30,163 nt of DNA from a virus. Its lineage: Duplodnaviria > Caudoviricetes. Made by a program: the position numbers and the translations under genes. The notes beneath the pieces are model-generated. The model made no database searches. It was not told where the DNA came from and worked only from the letters and a program-made list of their open reading frames with translations. Positions 16,237 through 24,984 of this stretch are shown piece by piece (the first letter of the stretch is position 1; each line of letters starts with the position of its first letter). The stretch is taken from positions 1 through 30,163 of IMG/VR virus record IMGVR_UViG_3300037991_003529; one strand, written 5' to 3'.

Positions 16237-17707
16237 CAAGATTTACCTGTATGAGTTTATATTTAAACTGTTCCTTTTTATATATCTTCACCCTTTCGGC
16301 CCCGTGCGATAGCGTGTAGTTGTTTCGCTTTCTCCAATGAAGGTCGTCGGTGATGTCGTAGAGCGTAGTGCTTCTTCCGTCATCGGATTTGCGTAACCCT
16401 CTTCCGATACTCTGTAGAACTTTAATTTGAGACTTCGACGGGCTAGCGAATATGATATTGTGCAGATTCCGAATATTAATACCAGTACTAAAGGTACCAA
16501 GACTTGCCACAATGATTCCATTTTTTTGTTTCTCCACTATCTTACGTATTGCTTCTCTATCTGAAGTAGCAACTTCACCAGAAACAAAGAATACTTTTCT
16601 TCCTTCTTCTGCCTTACTATTTATAAGATCGTAGAGTGGTTTTCCATGAGCATCCACACGATTGAATAAGACAAGAGTATTTCCTTTAGCATCCAAAGCG
16701 AGATTACGAATGAGCTTATTACGACCATCATGTCCAATAATGAAGTCAATCTCATCTTGGTAAGTTTTCTTTCCAAAGTCTTTCCTCACTTGTTCAGGAT
16801 AGTTGATTAACAACACTTTTATATCTAATGGTGCTAATGTTCCATCATCCTGCAGTTCTTTGGTCTTTGTCACTTGATATACGGGTCCAAACAAGCCCTC
16901 AAGAACTAACTTATGAGTTTGAGTACCATCAAGTGTTCCTGTTAAACCGTATCTATATTTAGCTTCGGTTGCTTTGTTCATTATAGATGATAAAGACTTA
17001 GATTTGAATCCATGACACTCATCTCCAATAATCATACCAAACTTTTTAAACCATGCAGGAGGAAACTTATATATTGATTGCCAAGTAGATACAATAATAC
17101 GTTTATCTGTTTCTTTGTCTTTACCAGAGTATATTTTATGAACAGGATGAGGTCCTCTCATTCCATATTCTAAAAAGTCTGACTCCATTTGTTCTACTAA
17201 TGATGTTGTAGGAACAACAATCAATATCTTTTTATGTTCTTCAATCATTGACATATAATACTTAATAAGTAGATATGCTATAAATGATTTGCCAGAACCA
17301 GTTGGAGATAATAATATTGCACGTGATCGTTCTAGCGCTGTTACTACAGCATCATATTGATAATCCCGAGGTTGAAACGGTAGATGTTCTACCTTCAGAA
17401 ATCCATCAAATTCTGAAACTTGATCCTTCACTAAAGGGAAACCGTATTGTGATTCCTCAGTATCTAAAGTGTAGTTTCTCTCTGCCGCAAACTTCACAAG
17501 ATAAACGTAGAGCCCCGCAGATAATTCGCCCGACATGCGATTGAATAGTTTTATCTTTCCATCCCACACTTTGTTTTTGTAGGCTGGCATAAACTTATAT
17601 CCAGGAACATAGAAAGAAAAGAAGTCTGATAACTCTGCTGCAAGTCCAGCATCTACATCTACTTCTAACATACTATAATCTTTTAGTCTGCAAACAATAT
17701 CAGCCAC
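16229..17707 (-). CDS. uvsW: SF2 DNA helicase UvsW
   Basis: WDGKIKLF, SPTGSGKS, DECH, GLTGT, QSIGRGLR; GTG 17707 taken as start (track gives TTG 17716). Confidence 0.95.
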   Translation of the reverse strand: MADIVCRLKDYSMLEVDVDAGLAAELSDFFSFYVPGYKFMPAYKNKVWDGKIKLFNRMSGELSAGLYVYLVKFAAERNYTLDTEESQYGFPLVKDQVSEFDGFLKVEHLPFQPRDYQYDAVVTALERSRAILLSPTGSGKSFIAYLLIKYYMSMIEEHKKILIVVPTTSLVEQMESDFLEYGMRGPHPVHKIYSGKDKETDKRIIVSTWQSIYKFPPAWFKKFGMIIGDECHGFKSKSLSSIMNKATEAKYRYGLTGTLDGTQTHKLVLEGLFGPVYQVTKTKELQDDGTLAPLDIKVLLINYPEQVRKDFGKKTYQDEIDFIIGHDGRNKLIRNLALDAKGNTLVLFNRVDAHGKPLYDLINSKAEEGRKVFFVSGEVATSDREAIRKIVEKQKNGIIVASLGTFSTGINIRNLHNIIFASPSKSQIKVLQSIGRGLRKSDDGRSTTLYDITDDLHWRKRNNYTLSHGAERVKIYKKEQFKYKLIQVNLDG

Positions 17708-18143
17708 CGGCTTCAAATACCTTCCATCGTATCATATTACTAATTGTTTGGTGTCTCCAATTGAGATTATTCACAATCTCGTTAAGAGTATCTATAAGTG
17801 TTTTTAGATACTGTATCTTTAGTTCTGATTCTTGTATCTCTTTATCAGAATCATAATAGTAATCCATCTCACCTTTCATAACTTTTAAACCATTGAGAGG
17901 ATCCAGATCCCATCCAGTAGCTTTCAGTTGATCTTCATCCATCTTACCATTATAGTAGAGCCATTTATCTTTCAATAGACTCTTCTGATCCATCTCAGCT
18001 TTCTTCATCTTTAACTTTGCATGAGAAAGTAAAGTAAGATACTTAGAATGTAATGATGGTGTTTGACGAGATGCTTCGTCTAAATTGTTACGAGGAAGTT
18101 TAGAGTCGGTTGCCCACTCTTCTAGTACTTGCTCCAATGTCAT
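17700..18143 (-). CDS. uvsY: Recombination mediator UvsY
   Basis: PSLHSKYL, WLYYNGK, I.NMIRWKVFEAG; between gp3 and uvsW. Confidence 0.9.
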   Translation of the reverse strand: MTLEQVLEEWATDSKLPRNNLDEASRQTPSLHSKYLTLLSHAKLKMKKAEMDQKSLLKDKWLYYNGKMDEDQLKATGWDLDPLNGLKVMKGEMDYYYDSDKEIQESELKIQYLKTLIDTLNEIVNNLNWRHQTISNMIRWKVFEAGG

Positions 18144-18158
18144 AATATACTCCGGTCA

Positions 18159-18707
18159 TTAATTTAATTCAAATGTAGAGAATCTAAACGTAGCAGGGAA
18201 TGTAATATATTGTACATCACCACTAGTAGATTCTAATGTCATATCTCCAAGACTAACAGGTAGACAATCAAGATACTTAATTGTTCGTACTGTATTGTTA
18301 TGGCTACTTAGTATTGATAAAGTCATGTCAGCAACAGTAGGTGGTTGTGTTTCTGTTCTGCTGCTTGATGCACGTTCATTTGTCACAACTATTCTATTCA
18401 TCCAATTGTACATTTCTGTATACGAGTTTAAATTTTCGTCTACTATTATCATACACGTTAATTCAGAAAAAGTCAATTTATCTCCTGCAAAAGGTACAGA
18501 AGAAATTCTCTGATATGGAACCTCAACTGGATTCATACTAAGGTTTGGATGTAATACTGTTTGAGCAAAGAACTGTAGATTAGCATAATGTTTTCTATCT
18601 ATAGTTAATTTAAATGCTGTAGGTTGTAAGAAGTTAAGGTTATTCAAGTCCGATGAACTTGTTGTATTACTTACTTCAATTTTAACATCTGGATTTAAAA
18701 CTGGCAT
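18159..18707 (-). CDS. gp3: Tail completion / sheath stabiliser protein
   Basis: NFLQPTAF, IVDENLNSYTEMYNWM, ATFRFSTF; late promoter upstream. Confidence 0.85.
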   Translation of the reverse strand: MPVLNPDVKIEVSNTTSSSDLNNLNFLQPTAFKLTIDRKHYANLQFFAQTVLHPNLSMNPVEVPYQRISSVPFAGDKLTFSELTCMIIVDENLNSYTEMYNWMNRIVVTNERASSSRTETQPPTVADMTLSILSSHNNTVRTIKYLDCLPVSLGDMTLESTSGDVQYITFPATFRFSTFELN

Positions 18708-18735
18708 TTTTTTTCCTAAAAAGTGAAATTAACTG

Positions 18736-18766
18736 TTGACTTTTGCTTCTATTTATATGATATTAA
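18736..18766 (+). promoter_or_regulatory. Probable sigma70-type early promoter for the inverted cassette
   Basis: AACTGTTGACT -35 context, identical 10-mer to 15095-15104; -10 imperfect (GATATT at 17 nt, or TGn-TATTAA). Confidence 0.55.
18750..18757 (-). promoter_or_regulatory. gp55 late promoter for gp3
   Basis: Exact TATAAATA, intergenic, 42 nt before the gp3 ATG. Confidence 0.8.
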
Positions 18767-18790
18767 TAGTAAGGATGAAGGAGATATGAA

Positions 18791-19066
18791 ATGATTAATT
18801 ATGTAACAGGTCACGAATACACAGGTAAAAACTATTCTACTTTACTTGCTGCTGGTTTTGAAGAAGGATCAGAATTTGTAACTTTTAAGCAAGCTTGCAA
18901 GCTTCCAGGTTTATCTGGTAAAAAACTTAAAGGTATCAAAAAAGCTGCTTCTTTAGTACGTTTCTCTCGTACAGAAAAAGAACAAGATGAGTCTGGTAAG
19001 ATGGTTGCTAAACCAATTTACTTCTCAGTATTTGATCTTAAAGAAGTCTTAAAGAGAAAGGTGTGA
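18791..19066 (+). CDS. ArdC N-terminal (DUF1738)-like ssDNA-binding protein
   Basis: NYVTGHEYTGKN...L...FVTFKQA...KG.K...YFSVFD matches N..TG..Y.G.N...TF.QA...KG.K...F.VF; SD AGGAG. Confidence 0.7.
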   Translation: MINYVTGHEYTGKNYSTLLAAGFEEGSEFVTFKQACKLPGLSGKKLKGIKKAASLVRFSRTEKEQDESGKMVAKPIYFSVFDLKEVLKRKV

Positions 19067-19067
19067 G

Positions 19068-19226
19068 ATGGTATATGTAATTACTAAAGATAACGTCTCA
19101 AATTTTTATAGAAAGACTCTTATAAACTATCTGGTAAGACATGCTGGTTATATCAGAGATAGAATCGAAGATAAAACCGATGATCAAATACAAGAGCTTT
19201 ACTACGAAGCAAGATACGGAGAATAA
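19068..19226 (+). CDS. Hypothetical protein (52 aa), below the ORF track cutoff
   Basis: MVYVITKDNVSNFYRKTLINYLVRHAGYIRDRIEDKTDDQIQELYYEARYGE; SD-like AAGGTG; fills the gap between the previous stop and the terminator. Confidence 0.65.
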   Translation: MVYVITKDNVSNFYRKTLINYLVRHAGYIRDRIEDKTDDQIQELYYEARYGE

Positions 19227-19258
19227 AAAAGGGGGCCAAAAGGCCCCCTAAGTTTTTT
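19225..19258. terminator. Intrinsic terminator for gp23, probably bidirectional
   Basis: A6-GGGGGCC-AAAA-GGCCCCC-TAAG-T6 between convergent genes. Confidence 0.85.
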
Positions 19259-19273
19259 CCGCAACTCTTAATC

Positions 19274-20644
19274 TTATGTTAAGATGTTGTCTACGCGGAA
19301 TATTCTGTAGTACTGGTTAGAGCGGTTAGCTGCAAGACCGTCAGCCGCATCAGAACCTACGAATGGGTTAGATGCCATGCCATAACGAGTTTTAAACCCG
19401 ATACGTGGCTGGAAGTCATTCTCGCCAACTGCACGTACCATTGTTAATGGTACATATGGGCAGTAGAATACACCTGCGTCATATGGGTTAGTACCCTTAT
19501 AACCTACAGTGATGTAATCTGTGTCTGCATATGGATCGATGTATACTCTGATACGTCCATTAAGTACACCAGCAAAAGTGTTACCTGTGTCATCAATGTT
19601 CAAGTTTGTTGATAACGCTGGAGCGTAATCTAACATTCCTGAAGCTGATAGCGCTGTAGCAACGTCTGAAGAACAGATAACCATGTTACCTTTACCTCTA
19701 CGTGTCTCTTTTGCGATTGTGTTAGCTTCACGATCTAGCTGTACACCAAGACCTTTGAACTTCTCAGCTGACCAACGACCATCTGCATCTGAAGATAAGT
19801 TAAAGATACCTTTGGTTGTTACGTTAGCCTGACGTGCACCAATCTTCGCTTGTGCGTTGATTGTACGTACAACTTCACGGTTGATCTCTGCTAAGATTTC
19901 TGTTGACAAGATGTTTGCCAATTCTGTCTCAGCGTCTAGGCCGTGAATAGCTTTCAAGTCTTGAGCTAGTTCTAGTGTGTACTCTGCTTTCAAAGCACGT
20001 GACTTCGCAGTCACAGTTGCTTTTTCAATGGTGAAACCCATTTCAGCAAATGACTCACCTGTGTTACCAAGTGCTTCAGCTTCTGCTGTTGTGTATGCAT
20101 CACCTGTTGTTGGTACATATGAAGTATCTGAGTCAACGATGCTTGAGTCAGCGTCTGTGTCAGTTACTCCAGCAAGACCTGAAGGTCCTTCTGAACCACC
20201 AGATGATGTTGATGAGTCACCAGAGTAGTTTACTAGTGCTTCGTTAAATAGTGCTTCTGTACCTGAACCAGTTCCGTTAGCACCTGCTTTAGTTGTTTTG
20301 TAGCGTGATTTCATTGCAAAGATCAAGCCTGTTGGACCTGACATTGGCTGAACACCACAAATGTCGTATGCCATTAAATTTGGCATTGCTCGACGTACGA
20401 GTGAAATAAGGATTGGGTTCCAGTTAGAAGCAGCACCTGTGCCGCCGTCTACTGTTGAAACACCATTGCCGGCTGCGTTAGCTGCAGTCTCAGCAATCAT
20501 TCCTTGTTCTTGTAGAGCTTTCTCTGTATTCTCCAAAACGGCAGCAGTAACAGCACGCTTATGCGAGTTGTCAATTTTACCAGCTGCTTCTTCGTTTAGA
20601 ACTGGAGACCATTTCTCTACGAGACGATCATAAGTTTGTTCCAT
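19274..20644 (-). CDS. gp23: Major capsid protein
   Basis: ICGVQPMSGPTGLIFA, KSRALKAEYTLELAQDLKAIHGLDAE, FQPRIGFKTRYG. Confidence 0.98.
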   Translation of the reverse strand: MEQTYDRLVEKWSPVLNEEAAGKIDNSHKRAVTAAVLENTEKALQEQGMIAETAANAAGNGVSTVDGGTGAASNWNPILISLVRRAMPNLMAYDICGVQPMSGPTGLIFAMKSRYKTTKAGANGTGSGTEALFNEALVNYSGDSSTSSGGSEGPSGLAGVTDTDADSSIVDSDTSYVPTTGDAYTTAEAEALGNTGESFAEMGFTIEKATVTAKSRALKAEYTLELAQDLKAIHGLDAETELANILSTEILAEINREVVRTINAQAKIGARQANVTTKGIFNLSSDADGRWSAEKFKGLGVQLDREANTIAKETRRGKGNMVICSSDVATALSASGMLDYAPALSTNLNIDDTGNTFAGVLNGRIRVYIDPYADTDYITVGYKGTNPYDAGVFYCPYVPLTMVRAVGENDFQPRIGFKTRYGMASNPFVGSDAADGLAANRSNQYYRIFRVDNILT

Positions 20645-20659
20645 TATAGGATCTCCTGT

Positions 20660-21610
20660 TTACTTAATTGTTGATCTGAGAGCATTTACATAGTCAGCCA
20701 TAGAACCTGATAGTTCTACAGTATCATCTGCTGTATCATCTTCTGTCTCTTCTGAGATAGGAGATGTTGGAGCATCTGATTTGAAGTATGATGCTTTTAA
20801 AGTTTCTACTTTAGCTGCAAAATCTTCTTCTGACTCAAAGTCAATGCTTTCTGCGAGTTTGGTTAGCTTTTCTACTTGAGTGTCTGCTAAATCCTTAGAA
20901 GCTTCTGCAATAATTTGCGTACGCTTATAAGTGTTTAACTCTTCTGCAAGTTTCATGCTCTTAGCTACTGCTTCGTTGTACTGCTCTTCCAGTTCTTCGT
21001 TTGCAGTTGCTAGTTCGTCTACTAGGTCAATTTTACCTTCTGGAACTTCGATGTAAGATTCTGTGAATAGGTCTTTCAACTTATTCATAAAACCTTCTGC
21101 AATCTCAGCACGTAGGCCAGATTGGATTGCAACTTTGTTTTCTTCCATCCAGTTTTCAACCACATAGTTGAGGTAGCTGTCTACTTTTTCGACTAGATCT
21201 TCTTTTGTCGTTTTGATTTCTTCGTCCAATTGTTCTTTGTACTCAGTTTCTAAACGATCGATCTCTTCGGCAAGTTTTGACTTTACCGCTGCTTCAAAGA
21301 TTACTGCTGTTTTGGCTTTGAACTCATCGCTGAGTGTTGCCTCAGATTCCACCAGAGCATTTAGGTCTTCACTAAAGTCTCCATTGAATTCAACATCTTC
21401 TGCCTTCATTCCTGATGGTGCAGCAGGTGCTTTTTGCATTGGTTCGCTGTTACTCTTATCACCTTTGCGAGCTTTAGCTTTGCCTTTTACAGCATCTTCA
21501 GCTTTGTCGTTCGCAGCAAATGATTGAGCTTCAGCATTTTTTGGATCGTGAGCTTCTTCGACGTTTTCCTCTTCGAGCTCTACATCCTGTTCTTCTACTT
21601 GATCAGTCAT
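20660..21610 (-). CDS. gp22: Prohead core scaffold protein
   Basis: Acidic coiled coil; LSDEFKAKTAVIFEAAV, VDSYLNYVVENWMEEN. Confidence 0.92.
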   Translation of the reverse strand: MTDQVEEQDVELEEENVEEAHDPKNAEAQSFAANDKAEDAVKGKAKARKGDKSNSEPMQKAPAAPSGMKAEDVEFNGDFSEDLNALVESEATLSDEFKAKTAVIFEAAVKSKLAEEIDRLETEYKEQLDEEIKTTKEDLVEKVDSYLNYVVENWMEENKVAIQSGLRAEIAEGFMNKLKDLFTESYIEVPEGKIDLVDELATANEELEEQYNEAVAKSMKLAEELNTYKRTQIIAEASKDLADTQVEKLTKLAESIDFESEEDFAAKVETLKASYFKSDAPTSPISEETEDDTADDTVELSGSMADYVNALRSTIK

Positions 21611-21620
21611 GCTTGACTCC

Positions 21621-22280
21621 TTACAATTTAGATTTCATTAACGAGAGGAAATTCTTGAACTCACGTGTTTGCGTTTCATATAGATCCGCACGTGGAGCAC
21701 GTTTAATTTCAGTCTCTATTTTTTCAATTTCTTGAGCTTCAATGATGCCATTATTCCAGATCCAATCAACACCTTCCATTATTCCATTAACAAAAGCATT
21801 TGGTGCTGATGGGTCTTGTACGATATCAACCGTATTAAGCATAAAGTCATCTTTGACGTACATAGTACCGTTACGTTGCTCAAGGCTACCCATACCACGA
21901 GTTGAGACACCTAGTTGGACACCACCCTCAAGCAGACCTTTTACAATCTGTCCCATAGGAGTTTCCAATATTCGTGCCTTTCCCATAACATTGTTACCAT
22001 CCATTTCGAGATTTTCAATCTTATGAGATACTTTATCCAAGTTAACAGTTGGGCCGTCTGGGTGGTTCAATTCCCCACACGCTCTGTCCTTGGAAACCTG
22101 TTCTTCGACGTATTTCTCTACTGCATTTCTCATTACAGCTTCTGGATAAACACGTCCGTTTCTATTTTTAGATTCAGCCATAGCAAAGATGCCCTCAATC
22201 ATATGAGTCTTGGAACCATCTTCTTTTGCTTCAACAACGCACTGAACATCTGTTTCAGTATATTCTGTAATAAGCTTCAT
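21621..22280 (-). CDS. gp21: Prohead protease
   Basis: MKLITE, NRNGRVYP, GELNHP, GVSTRGMGS, DIVQDPSAPNA. Confidence 0.96.
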   Translation of the reverse strand: MKLITEYTETDVQCVVEAKEDGSKTHMIEGIFAMAESKNRNGRVYPEAVMRNAVEKYVEEQVSKDRACGELNHPDGPTVNLDKVSHKIENLEMDGNNVMGKARILETPMGQIVKGLLEGGVQLGVSTRGMGSLEQRNGTMYVKDDFMLNTVDIVQDPSAPNAFVNGIMEGVDWIWNNGIIEAQEIEKIETEIKRAPRADLYETQTREFKNFLSLMKSKL

Positions 22281-22501
22281 CTAAATTTTCCTTTATATTG
22301 TTTAACAAACTCTTTGGCCATCTTCTCAGCTTCGCGTTGAGTCTTATAGCCATCAAGTCTATCACCATCGATGTATACAACGAATTCGCCTTTGTCCTTA
22401 TGAATCATAACTGGGACTCTATTAATCTTTTTTCCAAAGACATGCTTACCAGCAGGATGTCTTCCCAGCTTTTCTCTAAGTTCTTTAAAAGTATTCGTCA
22501 T
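22277..22501 (-). CDS. Small basic protein at the gp68 position (putative prohead core/internal protein)
   Basis: 74 aa, own late promoter, N-terminus MTNTFKELRE. Confidence 0.6.
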   Translation of the reverse strand: MTNTFKELREKLGRHPAGKHVFGKKINRVPVMIHKDKGEFVVYIDGDRLDGYKTQREAEKMAKEFVKQYKGKFR

Positions 22502-22516
22502 CTTTGTTCTAACTTT

Positions 22517-22524
22517 TATTTATA
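22517..22524 (-). promoter_or_regulatory. gp55 late promoter for the head genes
   Basis: Exact intergenic TATAAATA. Confidence 0.8.
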
Positions 22525-22546
22525 ATAATTCTATTTTTGAGTAATA

Positions 22547-22867
22547 TTATTCTACTTCCTCTAATTCAGCTTCCACATCTTCAGCTTCTACTTCTTCAGA
22601 GTCATCTTCTAATTCAGCTTCTACTTCGTCTTCTAATTCTGGAAGTTCCTCAATGGCAGCTTCCATTTCTTCATCAGTGATATCATCATCTGGATCAGCA
22701 GACTCTTCTTCATCTGGTATCATACCATTAAAAATCTGATCTGCTTGCGCAATCTTTTCTTGCTCCATAGCATCACCCATCTTAGTATCCATAATTTCTT
22801 TAAATGTAGGAGCTGCTTTACTAAAGTCTTGGTCTACTACACTATTAATTAGATCCTCAATTTCCAT
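22547..22867 (-). CDS. gp67: Prohead core protein, gp67-like
   Basis: IEDLINSVVDQDFSKA...F..IM..K followed by a very acidic tail; directly after the portal gene; SD GGAG. Confidence 0.7.
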   Translation of the reverse strand: MEIEDLINSVVDQDFSKAAPTFKEIMDTKMGDAMEQEKIAQADQIFNGMIPDEEESADPDDDITDEEMEAAIEELPELEDEVEAELEDDSEEVEAEDVEAELEEVE

Positions 22868-24383
22868 CATTGTCTCCTTGTTCATCGTCTGCTATTTCAC
22901 CAGCAGCCTTTTCTTGATCTATTTGTTTTTTCATTTCATCCATACCATCATCATCTAGCTGAAGTACATTCTTCATAACATACTCTTTTGAGAAAAATTC
23001 TCCAACATATTGTTGCATAGTATCCAATGTTTGTAATCTGTTTTGTAAAAGTTCTGCATCTTTTAGCTCTGAGAAGTGATTGTCTCTTACATAGTCAACA
23101 ACAATATCTTGCCGCCACTCATTCCAATCTTCTTCAGTTATTATCTGCTTCATTATAAGTTGTTTCTTTAGAATCTCAGTAAACAACATTGCAAACCGTT
23201 TTCTCAATCTATCAATGAACTTCTGAAACTTAACTTCGTCTCTGTTGATTTCAGTAGAACGACCCAAGTTAAATGCAGGAGATTCTTGTTCTAATCTATT
23301 GATAGGAACATTTAATGATCTGTATAATCTCTTTTGGAAGTAAATGATATCGTCGATTTGTCCCAGGTTTTCACCACCTGGAAGAGTAGAGATTTCTGTT
23401 CCACGACCGCCTTCCCTACGAGGGAGCCAAAAATCTTCAAGCATTGACATATGTTTTCTATCATCTCTGATCTTACCTGTGTCTGCGTCATATACAAGTT
23501 TATTACGGTAACGAGCCATAATGTCTTTCATATAAGTTTCAGCTTTACCTCTTGGTAAGTTACCAACATCGATATAAAAAATTCTTCTTTCAGGAGCTCG
23601 CGCAAGTCTGTATATAACAAGTGAGTCCTCCATCATTCGTAATTGGTTGATAGGTTTTAGAGCTTTATGTAAATGTGATACAACTCTTTTTCTTGCAACA
23701 TCCAATAGACCAGAAGTTACATAAGATACAGAATCATTTGATAGTTTGATACCTTGATTCATCCCACCAGGCTTTTCTTGATAAATGTAAAACTCATTTA
23801 CATTCTCAATAAGAGTTGCACCTGTTGCAGGATCTTTCTTCTTCTTTACTTCTTTTACTTTTCTAATCTTAGTAGCATCTATTGGACGAATCTCTTGAAT
23901 ACCAGCTTTTAGATTTTTTTCATCTACTACAAGATGGTGATAGACTCTTCCATCAACATACCATCTTCTAAAGATATCATGTCCTAGTTCTGTAAATTGT
24001 AACATAGAACAAATATTATCAAACTCTTCTGTCATAGCTTTCTTTAGTTGATCGCTAAGACCTTCTACATGATCTAATATAAGTGAAACTGGAGATTCAT
24101 TTTCGTTTGCAACTACACTTTCATTAACAATATCTTCAATTGCTGCATCTACTTCAGGATGAGTTGCAACAGCTCTATATTGTCTAATGTTCTGTAAGTT
24201 GTCTTTAGCATGATCGCCTTCACCAAGGTTAACATATGTACCATAGTGAGCACCAGCTGCGGTAACATAACCAGCCCCATCCTGATCAACAGGAGGGACG
24301 ATAGATTGCATCTTCTCTGCTTTTCTATCTCTAGCACGTTTTATTTCAAAACCAAATAATCTAAGTCCGCTCTCTTCAGCCAT
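22857..24383 (-). CDS. gp20: Portal protein
   Basis: HPEVDAAIEDIVNE, RAPERRIFYIDVGNLP, EDFWLPRREGGRGTEISTLPGG. Confidence 0.98.
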   Translation of the reverse strand: MAEESGLRLFGFEIKRARDRKAEKMQSIVPPVDQDGAGYVTAAGAHYGTYVNLGEGDHAKDNLQNIRQYRAVATHPEVDAAIEDIVNESVVANENESPVSLILDHVEGLSDQLKKAMTEEFDNICSMLQFTELGHDIFRRWYVDGRVYHHLVVDEKNLKAGIQEIRPIDATKIRKVKEVKKKKDPATGATLIENVNEFYIYQEKPGGMNQGIKLSNDSVSYVTSGLLDVARKRVVSHLHKALKPINQLRMMEDSLVIYRLARAPERRIFYIDVGNLPRGKAETYMKDIMARYRNKLVYDADTGKIRDDRKHMSMLEDFWLPRREGGRGTEISTLPGGENLGQIDDIIYFQKRLYRSLNVPINRLEQESPAFNLGRSTEINRDEVKFQKFIDRLRKRFAMLFTEILKKQLIMKQIITEEDWNEWRQDIVVDYVRDNHFSELKDAELLQNRLQTLDTMQQYVGEFFSKEYVMKNVLQLDDDGMDEMKKQIDQEKAAGEIADDEQGDNDGN

Positions 24384-24406
24384 TTTAATTCCTAATATTA
24401 AGTTTA

Positions 24407-24427
24407 GAGGGGCCGTGATAGCCCCTC
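24407..24427 (-). other. Stem-loop between gp19 and gp20 (weak terminator or processing/stability hairpin)
   Basis: GAGGGGC-TATCACG-GCCCCTC; no proper U-tract. Confidence 0.55.
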
Positions 24428-24431
24428 AAAT

Positions 24432-24439
24432 TATTTATA
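24432..24439 (-). promoter_or_regulatory. gp55 late promoter for gp20
   Basis: Exact intergenic TATAAATA. Confidence 0.8.
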
Positions 24440-24444
24440 GTGGT

Positions 24445-24972
24445 TTAAGAAGTAGTTTGTGCTTCCCAGTATTGTACTTGGAACTCAACAGTAAACCGTT
24501 CAATCTCATTTTCTAGTCCATAGGCTAGATCGATTGGTGATATTGCTGTTGGGAAACAACCTCTAAAATTATAAGTCTTTATTGTAGATCCATCTTTGTC
24601 AATCTGATCAACAACTAGATCTGCTTCGTAATCAACAGGATTTGTTAAACCAGTATTTGCACTATGTGCATTCATACCGTTCATCCATCTCTCCATTGCG
24701 TTACGAACATTAAAGTCTGTGTCGTTAATTATGGTTGGTGTCCATACATCAAATGTACGATCTCCTGCCATCTTTAACTGACGACCACGGAAAGGAACAA
24801 TAATTGTACCCATAATGGAAGCAGGTAATTGAGCTGCTTCACATAGGAACGATGTTAATTCTACATCGCCATTTGCATATCCTGGAAAGTTGATTGTCGC
24901 CTTAAATAAATTAGGACGAGCACCGCCTCCTCGGATCTTTGCTTTAAAATCATCAACGCCTAATACTGCCAT
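24445..24972 (-). CDS. gp19: Tail tube protein
   Basis: GGARPNLF, FRGRQLKMAGDRTFDVW, FTVEFQVQYW. Confidence 0.95.
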   Translation of the reverse strand: MAVLGVDDFKAKIRGGGARPNLFKATINFPGYANGDVELTSFLCEAAQLPASIMGTIIVPFRGRQLKMAGDRTFDVWTPTIINDTDFNVRNAMERWMNGMNAHSANTGLTNPVDYEADLVVDQIDKDGSTIKTYNFRGCFPTAISPIDLAYGLENEIERFTVEFQVQYWEAQTTS

Positions 24973-24984
24973 CTTCTATCTCCC

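Noticed and set aside
22547-22720. Repetitive GAA-rich DNA in the gp67-like gene
   Set aside because: Explained by a low-complexity acidic protein tail, not a DNA repeat element.
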